Shown: positions 24,553 to 37,200 of the stretch, piece by piece
Position numbering within the stretch: the first letter of the stretch is position 1
How the letters are laid out: each line of letters opens with the position of its first letter
From: Phoronis australis
Taxonomy: Eukaryota; Animalia; Phoronida
DNA length: 64,000 bases
Assembly: GCA_002633005.1 (NCBI GenBank)
Contig: NMRA01001033.1
Span: forward strand, 1 to 64,000
Direction: 5' to 3'
Translations under genes and position numbers: made by a program
The notes under the pieces: generated by a model
Told to the model about the DNA's origin: nothing
The model's input: the letters and a program-made list of their open reading frames with translations, nothing else
The model's database searches: none

Positions 24553-27500
24553 GTACTAGTCCACGAGAGCACCAGCCATGAGCGGCAAGGTGGGGGTCAG
24601 CCGAGTTTCACCAAATTTGGCACATAGGTAGTCCTATGGGATCTATAAACAGCGGTAAAATATTTCCTCAAAATATTGCGTTTTTCTAAAGTTATAGGCT
24701 CAACCACATTTTACGGCTTCGCAGCCATGTTTTCACGGTATAAAACTGTCCAGATTTAACTGTTCATCTTTTTCCTTGAATGAAAGCTATTGATTTATTA
24801 TTCACTTGGCATTGTTTAGTGGTGCGTGTAGATTGTTACACAGATGTCTTGAAACACGATTCCGATTTGCCACCCTCATTTAGTAGTTTTACTACACTGC
24901 CCCCCGTTATGCCATTTTGAGGTTGTGTTCGGTACACTGCTGTACCAAATCTGCCCCCACTGTTATGGGAATGAATCTTAGCCAAAATGTTGACAAAACA
25001 TGTTACTTTCATTTTATAAAATAAAAACTTTGTCAGCCAGTTTATTAGTTATATATTTTGGCGCCTCAAATGTACTAAAATGAGAAATTTTCATATATAT
25101 GCGATCGATGCGTGAGCACCGTAAAATTCGATTGTCCTTCATGTTTTTCGATATTTTTTGCAACAAGTTAGTTCCTCCTGAATGTTTTGAACGTTTTGCT
25201 ACTGATCACTTAGGGCTATAGTACTCCTAAATACCATACATGGCTCTCTTTTGTAAAAAGCCGATTATGTCCTCCACAGTGAACAGGATTAGACATGAAC
25301 TCGACAAATGTACGTTATTTTGATTTACAGTTGTTTTACTTTGCAATTTTCTCATTTGTATTTCTTCACACATATTCAAGTCAGATTTTCTGTTGATCAA
25401 ATGTTCATGCAATGCATTGTAATATCAAATGAAGGATAAGTTTGGTTGCATGACCGCAATTTTTCCCACGACTTCAAACAAAAGACCGCAGAAAATTTCC
25501 TGACGAAATACCGGGTTTGCAGTTCTGTGAAAACATTCGAATGACAAGACAAACTCCACCACTGTCCATGGCAACTCGTCGCATGTTTTTCGCCCATCGG
25601 TCCTATCATTGTTTTCCTTTGTTGTGTCATTGTTGGATGTAACAACACAGGTCGCATGGATATAGAACCTTGCGTACATCAGACCGTTGCCGATAAGTGT
25701 TTGTCATTATATATCTGGAAACAATGAAGATGCTAATCTATTGTTCTGTATGCGACCAGGTTACCCGTGGATGACCACAGAAGAGGAATCCCAAAGTATC
25801 CACAAACAATGACCACGCACCTTAGTAACTATTACCGCGCACACGAATCCTTTCCGTGGAACCTAAACACCAAATTTTTATATCCCTGTACTGTATTGTG
25901 TTGTATTGCTCATGGTACGGGTTCAGACTCTGTTGTATTAAGATTCCAATCCCCAACCCTGTAATATGTAGTTTGATTAAAATTTCTAGACAATGCAGGT
26001 TTATGGATTTATTCTCCTTCAAATGAAGAGTAAAAATCAAATTCTGCACAGGTTTTTTAAAAGTAATGACTTATTGGAAGATCACACATCTAAAAAATAA
26101 AACAATGTTTGACAATTTTATCCATCATCTTATTTGAAAATTGCCTACCTCACAGACAACTCATCTAAGTAGAAAATATTCCTTGTGAAAAAATATAAAA
26201 TACCAACCAGAGACTTGTGTACTACAAAACATGTTTTCGTAATACAATGCAAAGATAACTGTACAGTCAAAAATGTAAATGTTATGACTGTAATAAAAAA
26301 TTGCCTTCTAGATATTTTCAACACTCAACTGCTACAGGACAGAGTCAACCACACAAAGCTCATAAAGTCAGGGAATTACATTTAAGGTGATGTAGTCTCA
26401 CTGCGAAAAAGTGATTTCGCAATATCGCTGACAACACTGGAAATCTCTTCTTCACAAACTTGAGGTAGCTGTATTTTCCACATCAATGTTCTTATCAAAA
26501 CTAACCACCACAAAATGAAAAATTGGCTAGTCAGTTCCAATTAGGCAGCATTTTACAATGAAATGGTCATGAAAAAATACTTTTGCAACATGGTTTGCAT
26601 TACAATTACCCTACGATTACAGTTGTACATACATATTAGACCAGTAACAAAATTACCCATGGGAACCATAAAATGGTCAATTCGCCAAAAAAAAACAAGG
26701 AGCCACCAGAGCTAATGTGCCAATACTTTTCAGTACTGCAACAAAAAATCATTTGAAGTGGACATAAACTCGCCTAAAATCACATAAAACAACTTTTGAT
26801 TTAGATATTTTACCATCACGAAATAGGTATTACTTCCAGGTCACTTTTGAGCAATTTCAGAACTTTGAAAGATCTGGCAATATGCAATTGCTAGAGACCA
26901 GACTAATAGTGTGCGATTTTATACACACAGCATGGTCTCAAGGAATAGCAAACTGTCAATTCGCTACAATTCCAGAAATCACTTCCCATCTGGATAAGGA
27001 ACAAACTGAGCAAAGTTTATAGAGGTAAATGGTCTAAATCAAAACTTATTACCTCCTGGACAGAATATGGGTTTACAACCCAGGCAGAAAGATAAGTTAA
27101 CAAAACCAGCCTAACTGCAACAGGGTCTCAAATTTCAGTAATATATACCCATTTACAAACAAAAATCTATAATGGTAAATAAAATGCGGAAACATAAATT
27201 CAGACCAATTACGCATCTTCAAGGAAAAGGAATAGTACAGTGGTCAGAAATCATCTAAATGTGATGGCGACACTGAGAAATCCTGTCAGACCAAAAAATC
27301 CAGTGGCTAAACGAAATGAACAATGTACCATTACCATGTGGCCCAGGATCATAATCCGTGCCTGGACAAAATTCAGTCTTAGACTAGGTAAATTTTAGAT
27401 TTGTGCTGTTCACACAAGCAGTTCTGGTGCAAACAAAGCTTGCACAACACACAAGCCTACTTCCCTACACAGCTGTGCTGATACATTAATGCCCCCACTG

Positions 27501-27559
27501 GATTTAGCAGATCAGCCAGAGTATTTACAGGTCCAGCCACTGTACTGTTTCCTCCCTTT

Positions 27560-27930
27560 GCATTTTTACAATGCTACATCCTTGACAATCGCAAATTGCC
27601 TCTTTCTATGCATACTCCACTTCCTCTGTCCCAGTTTCTCCATATTTGTTGAAAGTGGCCTATCTCAACAAATTACTTTGGACCTGTTGTGGTATAAGCC
27701 AGTAATCTTTGGCAAATACTTTTTCCCCAACTCGTTCCTCAAGCTACAAATTCTCTTTGACATATCTTCTGGGAGTAGACTTTTCGGCCTCTCTCTAGCC
27801 CCTCACTTAGTTGTCCAGAAGGGTACTTTCTTGCTGGTTGTGAACTTTTCCATACCCAACCTTTACTAATAATCGGCAAGTCTCCAACTTCAGCAGAAGG
27901 CACTTCTTCATGCATAAGCCTTTCCTGGTT
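27560..27930 (-). pseudogene. Second Sola3-like transposase C-terminal relic
   Basis: Across frameshifts: ISKGWVWKSSQPARKY...EGLERGRK...PEDMSKRICSLRNELG...EKVFAKDYWLIPQQVQS, parallel in order to the relic at 16735-16960. Confidence 0.5.
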
Positions 27931-28421
27931 CCTAAAATTGTATTAATGAAAAATTAAACATATTAAATTTAATGTGGCCATTTCGGCTCAAGCTAAAGTG
28001 AAGGCACCAATATTTTTGACTGCTTTAGCATGTTTAATTAACTTCATAATCGCAGAAAATCATTGGTAGACAAAACATACTCCCTAGCCTCTAAAAGTAG
28101 TTCATGGGCAGAAGTCATGTTAAACATTTAGTGATTGTTAAGAAAAGTTATGATGACTACCTATTTTCTATGCCAATGTATACATGTAGTTGCATAAACA
28201 TCAACACATTTGAATAAGATATGATTAAGCAATAAGGCCCAAGTTATAAGCAATCACGGTGTGTCAATAAAACTATTTTTGCATGAATGACGTGCTTCTA
28301 AAAATATTCATCAGGGTCAGACCCTGAAGTTTAGTGATTCCCACCTGAGCTCACACGAAGCAGGACGTTGAACCTTGACTTAACGTCTTTGGTCATTTTT
28401 CAGACCTCTATCAGATTTCTN

Positions 28422-28779
28422 AACGACAGAATTTCCAAAGCTTTTGCACACGAGAAAAAAAAATGGCTACCACGGTGTTGGCGGTGTTGTTGTCACAAGA
28501 AGCGACCTCGTTGTCATTGGCAGTCTTGTCTCTATGTAGAAGCGTCAGTGTCAAAGTCATTGATTTGCTGAGGGGATCTTCGCTGTTGTTATCAATGCAA
28601 TGATCTCAAGCATGTGACAAAGGGCTTTAATTCAAATTCAAGGCAATAAAGAGGCTAAGTTATAAGACCAGTTGCTATTTTCTTCTGTTTTCTGCCAATA
28701 GGCTTATGCCATTACCTGCACTATGAAAATTATTAAAGTATTGACTGGCAAAAACCATTACATGCAAATATTGAATTAA
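28422..28779 (+). repeat. Direct repeat of ~355 bp, copy 2
   Basis: Aligns with 24198-24552 and starts right after a lone N at 28421. Confidence 0.9.
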
Positions 28780-30423
28780 TACAAAATCACACGCTTTGTA
28801 ACGTTTACAACAACGCACATGGTCTTTTAGTCTAAAAGATGTTTACTAAGAAAATTTAATATTGCATGCAACCGTGTAGACATGACACTTTTAGTATGAA
28901 ATAATGGTATGCATCAAACTGGCAACTTCAGAGCTCTTGAGTGGCCCGGGCGGCGTGCCATACACGAGATGTCGAATCGCACTACTAACATTGAGCTTAC
29001 GGTTTTAACAAAATTACCTGCTTTAGTTTAGTAAATTGAGAACTTGTTAACCAGTGATTTTATTTTTAATAGAAGCGCACGTACCCATCCCTATACCTGA
29101 AAGTGATAAGTCCATAATTTACAAATCCTCACATGAAGCACAATATTTAAAAGCTATTTTTGAGACACTAGATAGTGGAAAGGCAATAGTAGGCAGAATA
29201 AATGTTTTTAGGAAGAATGAAAACGCTTTTTCACACACAAATTAAATAATATTTTCTTTTTTCAAAATTTTAGCCTTGCTGTGCTGAGAACTTTTTCGAC
29301 TTATTGGGAAAAGGGTCTGATTTTCTTTTCCTTTCATTTTGTCATTGTACATATGTATGCGTTGCCTTTTCTGTACGTTCGCTTTGAAATGGTTATAAGC
29401 TAAACCTGCGGCTGGGTAGCAATTGCTACAGGTCACTAGATTAAATGATGATTGATGGATTGATTGATTACACAATGAAAAAAGCTAAAGACATTGTCAT
29501 CAACATTTTCTGTAATAGATGTAACTTTTAATTGTAACGTGTATGTATAATAGGATGAAAATATATTGGTAAAGATGGAAGCTCCGCTCCAAAAATTTTC
29601 CCAACGAACCATATGCTTCAATTCATAAAAATACTGTATCAATCCTCACAACAGTGTCTTTGATGCGTGTAATGAGCATACACGCACTTACGGCACCGGT
29701 GACAATTATGACAGACCATTGACAAGCCCATAAATATAGGATTTATTGAATGCATTTCGTTGAGTGCTTTCCATGCAGTTTAAAAGATGTAGTTGGTACG
29801 TTGACAACAAATTTTTGGATTTTCAAAATTATAACATACTAGCCATTTTACGGTTTACTATCACTCAAAATAAGCTGTTCGGTAATACACCTTTTAATAT
29901 TTACTCAATAACATGGCATCTGAATTACAATTAACGAGCAACTTTCCGACACACCCCTTCGAGATCACAGGCCGTGAAACTGGTTTTATCGGGCGTTTAA
30001 CTGTTCTTAGCAGTTGCATCTTCTGCTCATATGTTGTGTGTCTCAATACTGAGGCGACCAATCGAAACGCGCCCTAGTGGACATGCAATAAATCAATAGT
30101 CACTTACCAGCCATACGTTTTTACTTTTAAAATTTGCTTTATTCAAACATGTTCATTATCTACGGACATTTTTATATTGTTAAAACTGCTATGTCCATGT
30201 TAGTGCAAATGAGTTGTTCTAGTGCTGGAGACGACTCTTTAATAAAATAAACGCAAACAGAAAGCTTAAGTTCCTAAAATTTGCGTATGTGACGTGAACA
30301 ACTTCGTATGCTGTTGTAATTCCGAAATGTCTGATTACCAACGTAACGGTAAACGTTTAATTTCTGCAGATCTTTAATTTTCAAGTCAAGCTCAGAATAT
30401 TTCAGCTGACGGCGACGCCAGAC

Positions 30424-30960
30424 AATTTATCGTAATCTATTTTGCCCGGGGTACGCCACGAGCTATGTTGCAGAGTAAAACAAGAGGAGGATTGCGAATA
30501 GTGTCATTTATTATGACGTAAATATATAGAACTAAATAAGACTCTGCAGGACAAAACGCCCACTGGCGTGGACAATGAATAGCCCTGAAAAAAGGAATCA
30601 AAACAAAAGAACTGCCTGAAGGGCCTAAAGTACAGAACATGAACGCAAAACTTGAAAATATTGAACAGGTAATATAGATGAGCAAAAGAAAAAAGTGGAA
30701 CAGACACCCAGGATGGGGGGGGGGGGAGGTGGGAAAAATGCAGAGAACGAACGTAGGTCTTGTAGACGAGGAGGTAGGTGGCTGAATGAGCTAGACCTCG
30801 TTGAACTGAACAAAGGAAATATGGGCGACCAATCAGGTGTCGCATAGAGAAATGTATAATACAAAAGTAGACACTTGAGGCTATAAATAGAGGTGAGTAA
30901 TAAAAAATACATGTAAACCCTAAGGGTTGGTATCAATAAAGTGAAGAATGTCAAAATAAT
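30424..30960 (-). mobile_element. Terminal-repeat remnant of a related Ngaro/DIRS subfamily
   Basis: 30424-30560 matches the retrotransposon terminus at 31849-31996 (AATTTATCGTAATCTATTTT...TAAATAAGACTCTGCA) and then diverges. Confidence 0.6.
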
Positions 30961-30964
30961 GACG

Positions 30965-31828
30965 ATAAATATAGATTATTACATGGCGAAGTCGTTATCC
31001 CCCGTTATCTAGAACCCGAGTGGATTTTCGAGAATTATCGCCCGAGGGGCGTTAGCCCCGAGGGTGATAATTCTCCAAAATCCACGAGGGCTCTAGATAA
31101 GGGGGATAACGACTGAGAACATGTAATAATCTATTTATACCACATACTGAGGGAGAAACATTACAATGAATCGATCTACCTTTCTTGACTCGCCTCGGCT
31201 TTGTAACTACTTTCTATGTCAGAGGCCCGGGGTCGGAGGTCGTGACCTTTTAAGAAAAACCGGGCTATTTTTGTCAAATAATGGTTTTACTCAAAACCAA
31301 TTGAAAACTTAAATATAATAGAAATAAATTGAATTGATAAATTAAGGTTTACCAACTATTATAGCTTAAAACACGTATTTTTCACGCTAAGCTTCGACCG
31401 GGAAATTATCGTCTGCTAAATTAGGTTACCACTGGTAACTGAATATAATTTTCGAGTCAAAGATCCTGACGACACGATACCCGCATTCAAACTGTAGATC
31501 GGTGATTTACAAGTAAGAGGACATGAGAGAAAATTTTCACTGAATTAAGATATCATTTTTATGGAAATTATGTGTCTTATTTTTCGTAGCGTATAAGCAC
31601 AGTACAATACCCTTTTCTGACCATGCGATTGTTGCGCGTGCTCATTTAAGTATTCTATTTTCACTCTTGATGACGTCAGTCGCTGCGTGGTGTAGTGGTA
31701 AAGTCGGCGACCAGCAATATAAAGGTCCTGGGTTCGGCTCCGTCAAATCGTTATCTCACTAGTGAGATATCTTTATGGGTTATTACACGGTTGTATCTGC
31801 CATTTGACGCTAATATTGTGGTATAAAT
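30965..31828. mobile_element. Complete Crypton-like non-autonomous element
   Basis: 6-bp direct repeat ATAAAT at both ends (30965-30970, 31823-31828); hairpin 30965-31138; ATTTATACCAC inverted to terminal GTGGTATAAAT. Confidence 0.65.
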
Positions 31829-32925
31829 GCATTTAACAAGGTAAATTTAATTTATCGTAATCTATTTTACACGGGGTACACAACGAGCTATGTTGCAATG
31901 TAAAACAAGAGGAGGATTGCAAGTAATGTCATTTATTATGACGTAAATAGATAAAACTAAATAAGACTCTGCAAGATGGGCATGGACAAAACGCCATAAT
32001 GGCACCACGGGAATGCTGACATCGCCCATCCGAGAAAGCTGAAACCGGGCAATAACAAGGGTAGACTATGATAAAATATAGGTATAAATAACGGTATAAT
32101 TGAAAACTAGAACACAACAGTCTAGAATATAAAAAACTAGAATATAACAAACCGCGAAGCAAAATGCAACAATCAATTGAAGTAAAGGTAACTAGAACTA
32201 ATGAATAGAAATTGAAGCCTGCAACTGCAGACCTTTGGCCGCAGGCTGCAAAGACAGACCTGCGAACGGGAGGAGGTCGGCTGCAACAATAAACCTGACC
32301 TGGGGGGGACTGAAACCGCAGACCCAGAGTAGTGAGAAGGCCGGGCTGAAAAGCAAAGTGAGAGAAATGGGGAACTGCAACAACAGGCTCACCAGGAGTT
32401 CAGGAAGCATGGGTAAGAGGAAAAAGCAGACTTGCGAATGTAGTTTTTTAGTGCGTCGGATTTCCAGCGCCCCATGCGCTGAATCACCGGTTCAGGGACG
32501 CCACGGCTGGCCGCTGAGGTGGCAAAAGCTATGTGACTTACACAGTATAAGACTTGGTTTCGAGTCCTGCAAAGGAGACCACTTTAGTTAAAGGCGAAGG
32601 CAACCTTTTTCCATGTCATTTTGAGCTAAAATAAGGTTGGTTGGTTATCCTAGACATATTTTTCACTTAATTACAGCTTTTCGTAATTTTATTAATTACT
32701 CGTCCGCTTTTCCGGAAGTGACGTTTTAGGAGGCAAGCGCTTCCCGCCACTTGGTTTTGCGTTGAGCTTACTGTGCGAATCTGTTCTATTCTACTTTTGT
32801 TTTGTGCTATTTTTCACCAATTGTCGCCACCACTTTCCGTCGGCGAGTATTCTGTGGCAAGATAGGTTAGTAGAGAACTCAACTGCGTTGGATTTAGGGA
32901 TTGTTTAGTGTGTTGTAAGCTGAAA

Positions 32926-33200
32926 ATGGCTGGAGTCGGTGACCCGTATCACAGTGACAGTAGTGTGAGTGACGGAGACCTTGTTCACAGCAGTGGTGAC
33001 GAGGAATTTTTTCACGGACATTCAGTGGGTGGGTACATGTTTGAGCCCGAGTACAACGAGGCAGAGTACACACAGGCACAGGCAGCTGTTGAGAGAAACG
33101 AGGCGGCTACTGAAGACAGACGTGGTGACACATCTTGGTGCAAATGCACTGTGTGCGTTGTTATGCCTACCTCAATTGAATGCTTGTGCTGTTCCGAGTT
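32926..33200 (+). pseudogene. KolX: KolX accessory protein N-terminus (P2X7 cytoplasmic ballast-like Cys cluster), truncated
   Basis: GYMFEPEY followed by DTSWCKCTVCVVMPTSIECLCCSE, the WCxCxxC..M....E..CC motif of KolX and the P2X7 tail. Confidence 0.85.
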
Positions 33201-34267
33201 CCACATCAATTATCTTTTTGGTCTCTTCCTCCATTAGAGTGTATGTGGTATACTTGGCGGACCGCCCTGGTGAGTCAGACAAGTTCTCCTTCTCCATGAA
33301 TTCCGCCACCAACTCGAGATGTTGTGACATGTATGCGTCATTGACAACTGGTATTAAATAGGAATTCTGAATGTTGTTGAATGTTGTTTTCGAAAAAAAA
33401 CTTGACTTTTCCAAAGTCCATCATTGTCTTCACCGACTGAAACGTGTTTCCAGTGAAGAGCACACCACTGGACATGGTTAAGTGGACCTCCGGCATACCA
33501 CGGACAGAGGAACAACTGTCCCACTTGCCAGAGTGTCCCGTGACACACTCCCACTGGATGGTGACCTGAGCACCCAAACTGCTTACATTGTGTCGTGTGA
33601 CTCCCTCGCCACACACCTGGCACCTTCTAAATAGCTCCAACACTTTAGACAAGTCCACAATAAACTTATCAAAGTTTGGCTCACCGATCTGTTCACTGGA
33701 CGACGAACTGTCCTCTTCACTGGGTGTCGAACTGGGCCTGTAATCACTCCCACTACTCAATATCGCTGCAGGGCTGCTTAGAGGCTCTGGGCTGGAGAAA
33801 ACAGCACAGGGCGAATCACTACTGGTTCCAGGAATTGCACGCTCTGGGGTACGTTCGGAGGCACGGGTGACAGTAGATGAAGTGCCTCCACTGGCTCCAG
33901 TCACTGTACTGGCCACAGCTCGCGAGGCTTCTCGCTTCAAAAACGCACTTCTCGGGGGTGGCGACGGGGCACTGCCGGGAATCAACACAGACGGAATGGC
34001 ATCCTTCTTCAAGCGTTGTTTCGCGGGGACCTTCATCAGTTCAGCGTACAAATCCCTTTCGTAATCGGACGGCAGAAAGTGCTTGCCACACACACGGTAA
34101 TTCTCCACTGCTTTGTACGTTGCGTGGACGGGTAACGCTGCGTTCTTCACACGAACGAGCCAAGTACGGCGAAGTGTGTCATCCATCGGAAAGCGATGCA
34201 AAGGCACTCCCAAAGCGCGCGTGAGCCGATAATTACTACATCCCGGTACGCAGCAACAGTGTGGCAT
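33195..34267 (-). pseudogene. Kolobok transposase N-terminal half (THAP, zinc ribbon, start of catalytic domain), frameshifted and truncated
   Basis: THAP MPHCCCVPGC...FP...W...VCGKHF...LKKDAIPS; LFRRCQVCG...WECVTGH; frameshift at the A-run near 33393; then DSPGRSAKYTTYTLM with the preceding GDG motif missing. Confidence 0.9.
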
Positions 34268-37200
34268 GTTGACTGACTAGTAAATGAAAGCGAACGACGA
34301 CGGAACTTAACACAACCGAGGTAGAACAATGACTGACTCGGCAGCTCTCACAGTCAGACTATGTGAAAAGAAATTGGCGGGAAGCGCTTGCCTCCTAAAA
34401 CGTCACTTCCGGAAAAGCGGACGAATAATTAATAAAATTACGAAAAGCTGTAATTAAGTGAAAAATATGTCTAGGATAACCAACCAACCTTATTTTAGCT
34501 CAAAATGACATGGAAAAAGGTTGCCTTCGCCTTTAACATGGAGTTGAAGCAGGAACATGTAACCGGTGATCCACTGAGGTGTTGGAACAGGTGGCCTGAA
34601 GAGGGCTAAAAGTAGAAAAGTACAAGGTTAGGGCAGCTACCGGACAATGGGAAGATCGACTGGATGGAATCGTAAGTGAGACTGGTCCCGAGCTGTGCTT
34701 GAAAGTACACATAATGATGACCACAGAATCGCTAGAAGGTGGGAAGACGACGTCGCTGACCTGTCTGACGTGAGAGGAGAGCGAGGAGGTGACTGTGAAT
34801 TCACCGACTCTGAGGAAGGCATGAAAGGCTAGAAGGAACATGGCACGTGCGAGAACCGAGTTGGCAAAAGAGCCGAGTGCAGAAGGGCAGGCGTCAAACA
34901 AGCGGTGAAGCAAAGCTGAAGTAATGGGCATGAGGAGCGCAGATTGGAAGCACCTTTGAGGAGTTTTTTGATGACAAAGGAGGAAGTGGGGTCAGGGAGG
35001 TTGTCGAGCTTATGGACAAAACTAATGGCAGGGACATAGGACTGGACAGACGAGCTACTAAGGCCAGATTCGAAAAGATGGGAGGTGTAGTGGGCTAGGA
35101 AAAAAGGTACTAATGGGCAAGGTGAGAGGAGAGTTGTTAGAAGAGAGGTGAAACTGTGCAAGGTTATGCAGGATGCAGGTGTAGTACTGAATAGTGGAGG
35201 GGGCCAGGGAAGCCCGGAGCAGTTTGGTCACGCTGCCTGGAGGTGTGGCGGGATCAGTGTCGGATGACTGCTGAGCCAAGAAGCCTTGGAAAAGACGACC
35301 TGAAAGTTGAAACGAGAAAGTGCATCAGCGACGATGTTAGTGTAGCCAGGGATATGTTTTGCCCGAAAATGAACGTTAAAGGTAAGAGCGGAGATGACCA
35401 GACGACGGACAAGGGACATAATTGGGGGGTGGGGTGGCGGGAGGAGGTCTCGCTGATAATGTCAACGACGGCACGGTTGTCGCACGAGAAAAGAATCTTG
35501 TGGTTGGCGAGCTTCGATCCCCACAGCTCTAGCGCTATGACAATAGGAAGGAGTTCCTTGAAGGTGATGTGATGGTGCTCGGGTCACGGGCAGGCAGACC
35601 AGGAAGCCCCCATTCTCGCAGCAAAACCCCCATTGGAGCCTGCAGCATCGGCGTACAGTTTGATGGTGTTTGAAGATGTCCACTTGTCGAATAGGAACAG
35701 TGTTTTCCCATTGAAGCCTCGGAGAAAGATAGACCAAGCCCTAAGGTCCGCTCTAGCTTCTTTATTGAGATTGATGAAGTGGTCTGGTCTCGAAATACCA
35801 ATGGTGAGGTTGATGACGGATCAGGCGAATTTTAGTAGATCAATAAAGGATTGAAGATCGCGAAGAGTAACCTTCCGGCGCTTCTGGAAGTAGAGGAGGA
35901 TGTTGGAAGCTTTTTCCACCTTGTCCTGTGGCGAGAAGCAGTCTTGGTCGTAGAGTCGAGATGGATGCCATGAATGGTGATGGAGGTGGTCGGCTGAATG
36001 GTCTTGTCGTGGTTGATAGGAATGCCTAGGAAGTCGCAGAGCGATATGAATGCGGCGAGGTCCCGGGAGCATGTCGGCGAGGATGAGGGGCCCACCACAA
36101 AGAAGTCATCGAGGTAGTGAGAAACGCCGGCGATCTTCAACTTGGTTTCCAGGATCCAGCTGGAGGCACAGCCAAATGGCAGGCACCTGTCGTATGAGAA
36201 GTTGTTGGCCCAGGACAGACCTAAGAGGCGGTAGTCGTAAGGGTGCGAAAAGCGTCCTTGATGTCAGTCTTAGACATGAGGGAGTGGCGTCCAAACCGTT
36301 GAACCAGGCGAATAGCGTCCGTGATGGATTGGTACTGGACTTGTGAGAAATGAGGGGTATGCGGGAGTTAACTGAGTTAGAGTAACAAAATGGATATGAC
36401 AAGTTATGAATGAGACGAAAACTGTTAGGGTGAGATTTAGATTTAATCCCACGCGTTCAATATTTTAAAGAAATGTCATTGTTTATCCCTTATCGAAGTG
36501 CGATAACAACTGACAAACTCAGTTTGGGGTGGGGTCGGTCAAACGATTCGCATCCTGTAAAAACTGACAACATTCAGATTGAAATGACTTTACACGTTGT
36601 AATATATACGTGTGTAATGGTTATCAGATTATAAAGTGAACGGTCCAGTACACAGCATCAGTTAGTAGTTGGCGGTGGCGGCACAGGTTAGACATATGAA
36701 CTGTTTCCAAAATGCTATAACTGGCACTGGTAAGGTAGTTCAGGTCAAAATCATTTGAAAACATGCCTGGCCAGCTTAGAAACAAAAAAGGGAAAAAAGA
36801 CGCTAGACTGCAGCAAGTAAACGACGTTTCAATAGTTATGGAAAGTAATCCTCAGGTATATCATTTGACAGAAGACAAAATATCATAACGGAATGTTCGA
36901 TTAATAGCGCTGTTCTCAATGGCCGAGACTCCTGCCAATTTCCAGGACCAACACCGGTACATTACAATTTGCCGTTTTATTTTAGCAATAATTTCCGAAA
37001 TTATGAGAAAAAACAAAAATTTCGGTTATAAAACGTGTTTCCTTTTGAAACATACCCCGTTGTAGAGCTCAGTTGAACTCGTTATAAACCCGACGTCCAT
37101 CACAAAAAACAACTCTTGATTTTGATCGTTTCAATTGAAATTGATAACGCGCTACCCTGTTTGACCACATTATCTTTAATAGCAAAATATTATTGAATTG

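Larger units (their letters stand above)
32592..34532. mobile_element. Kolobok DNA transposon, internally deleted (1941 bp)
   Basis: TTAA TSD at 32588-32591 and 34533-34536; 158-bp TIRs (32592-32749 / 34375-34532, one mismatch seen) starting AGG; two convergent ORFs; single TTAA at 1791-1794 in copy A. Confidence 0.95.
31849..36366 (-). mobile_element. Degenerate Ngaro/DIRS-type retrotransposon (copy B): RT, RNase H and tyrosine recombinase, interrupted by Kolobok
   Basis: RT HYLDDFF (~36110); RNase H ADALSRF (~35310); recombinase motifs SLAPSTIQYY, LPDPTSSFVIKKLLKG, MFLLAFHAFLRVGEFT, FKHS, CPVAAL (35230-34537), resuming 32591-32434 with GRWKSDALKNYIR. Confidence 0.92.
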
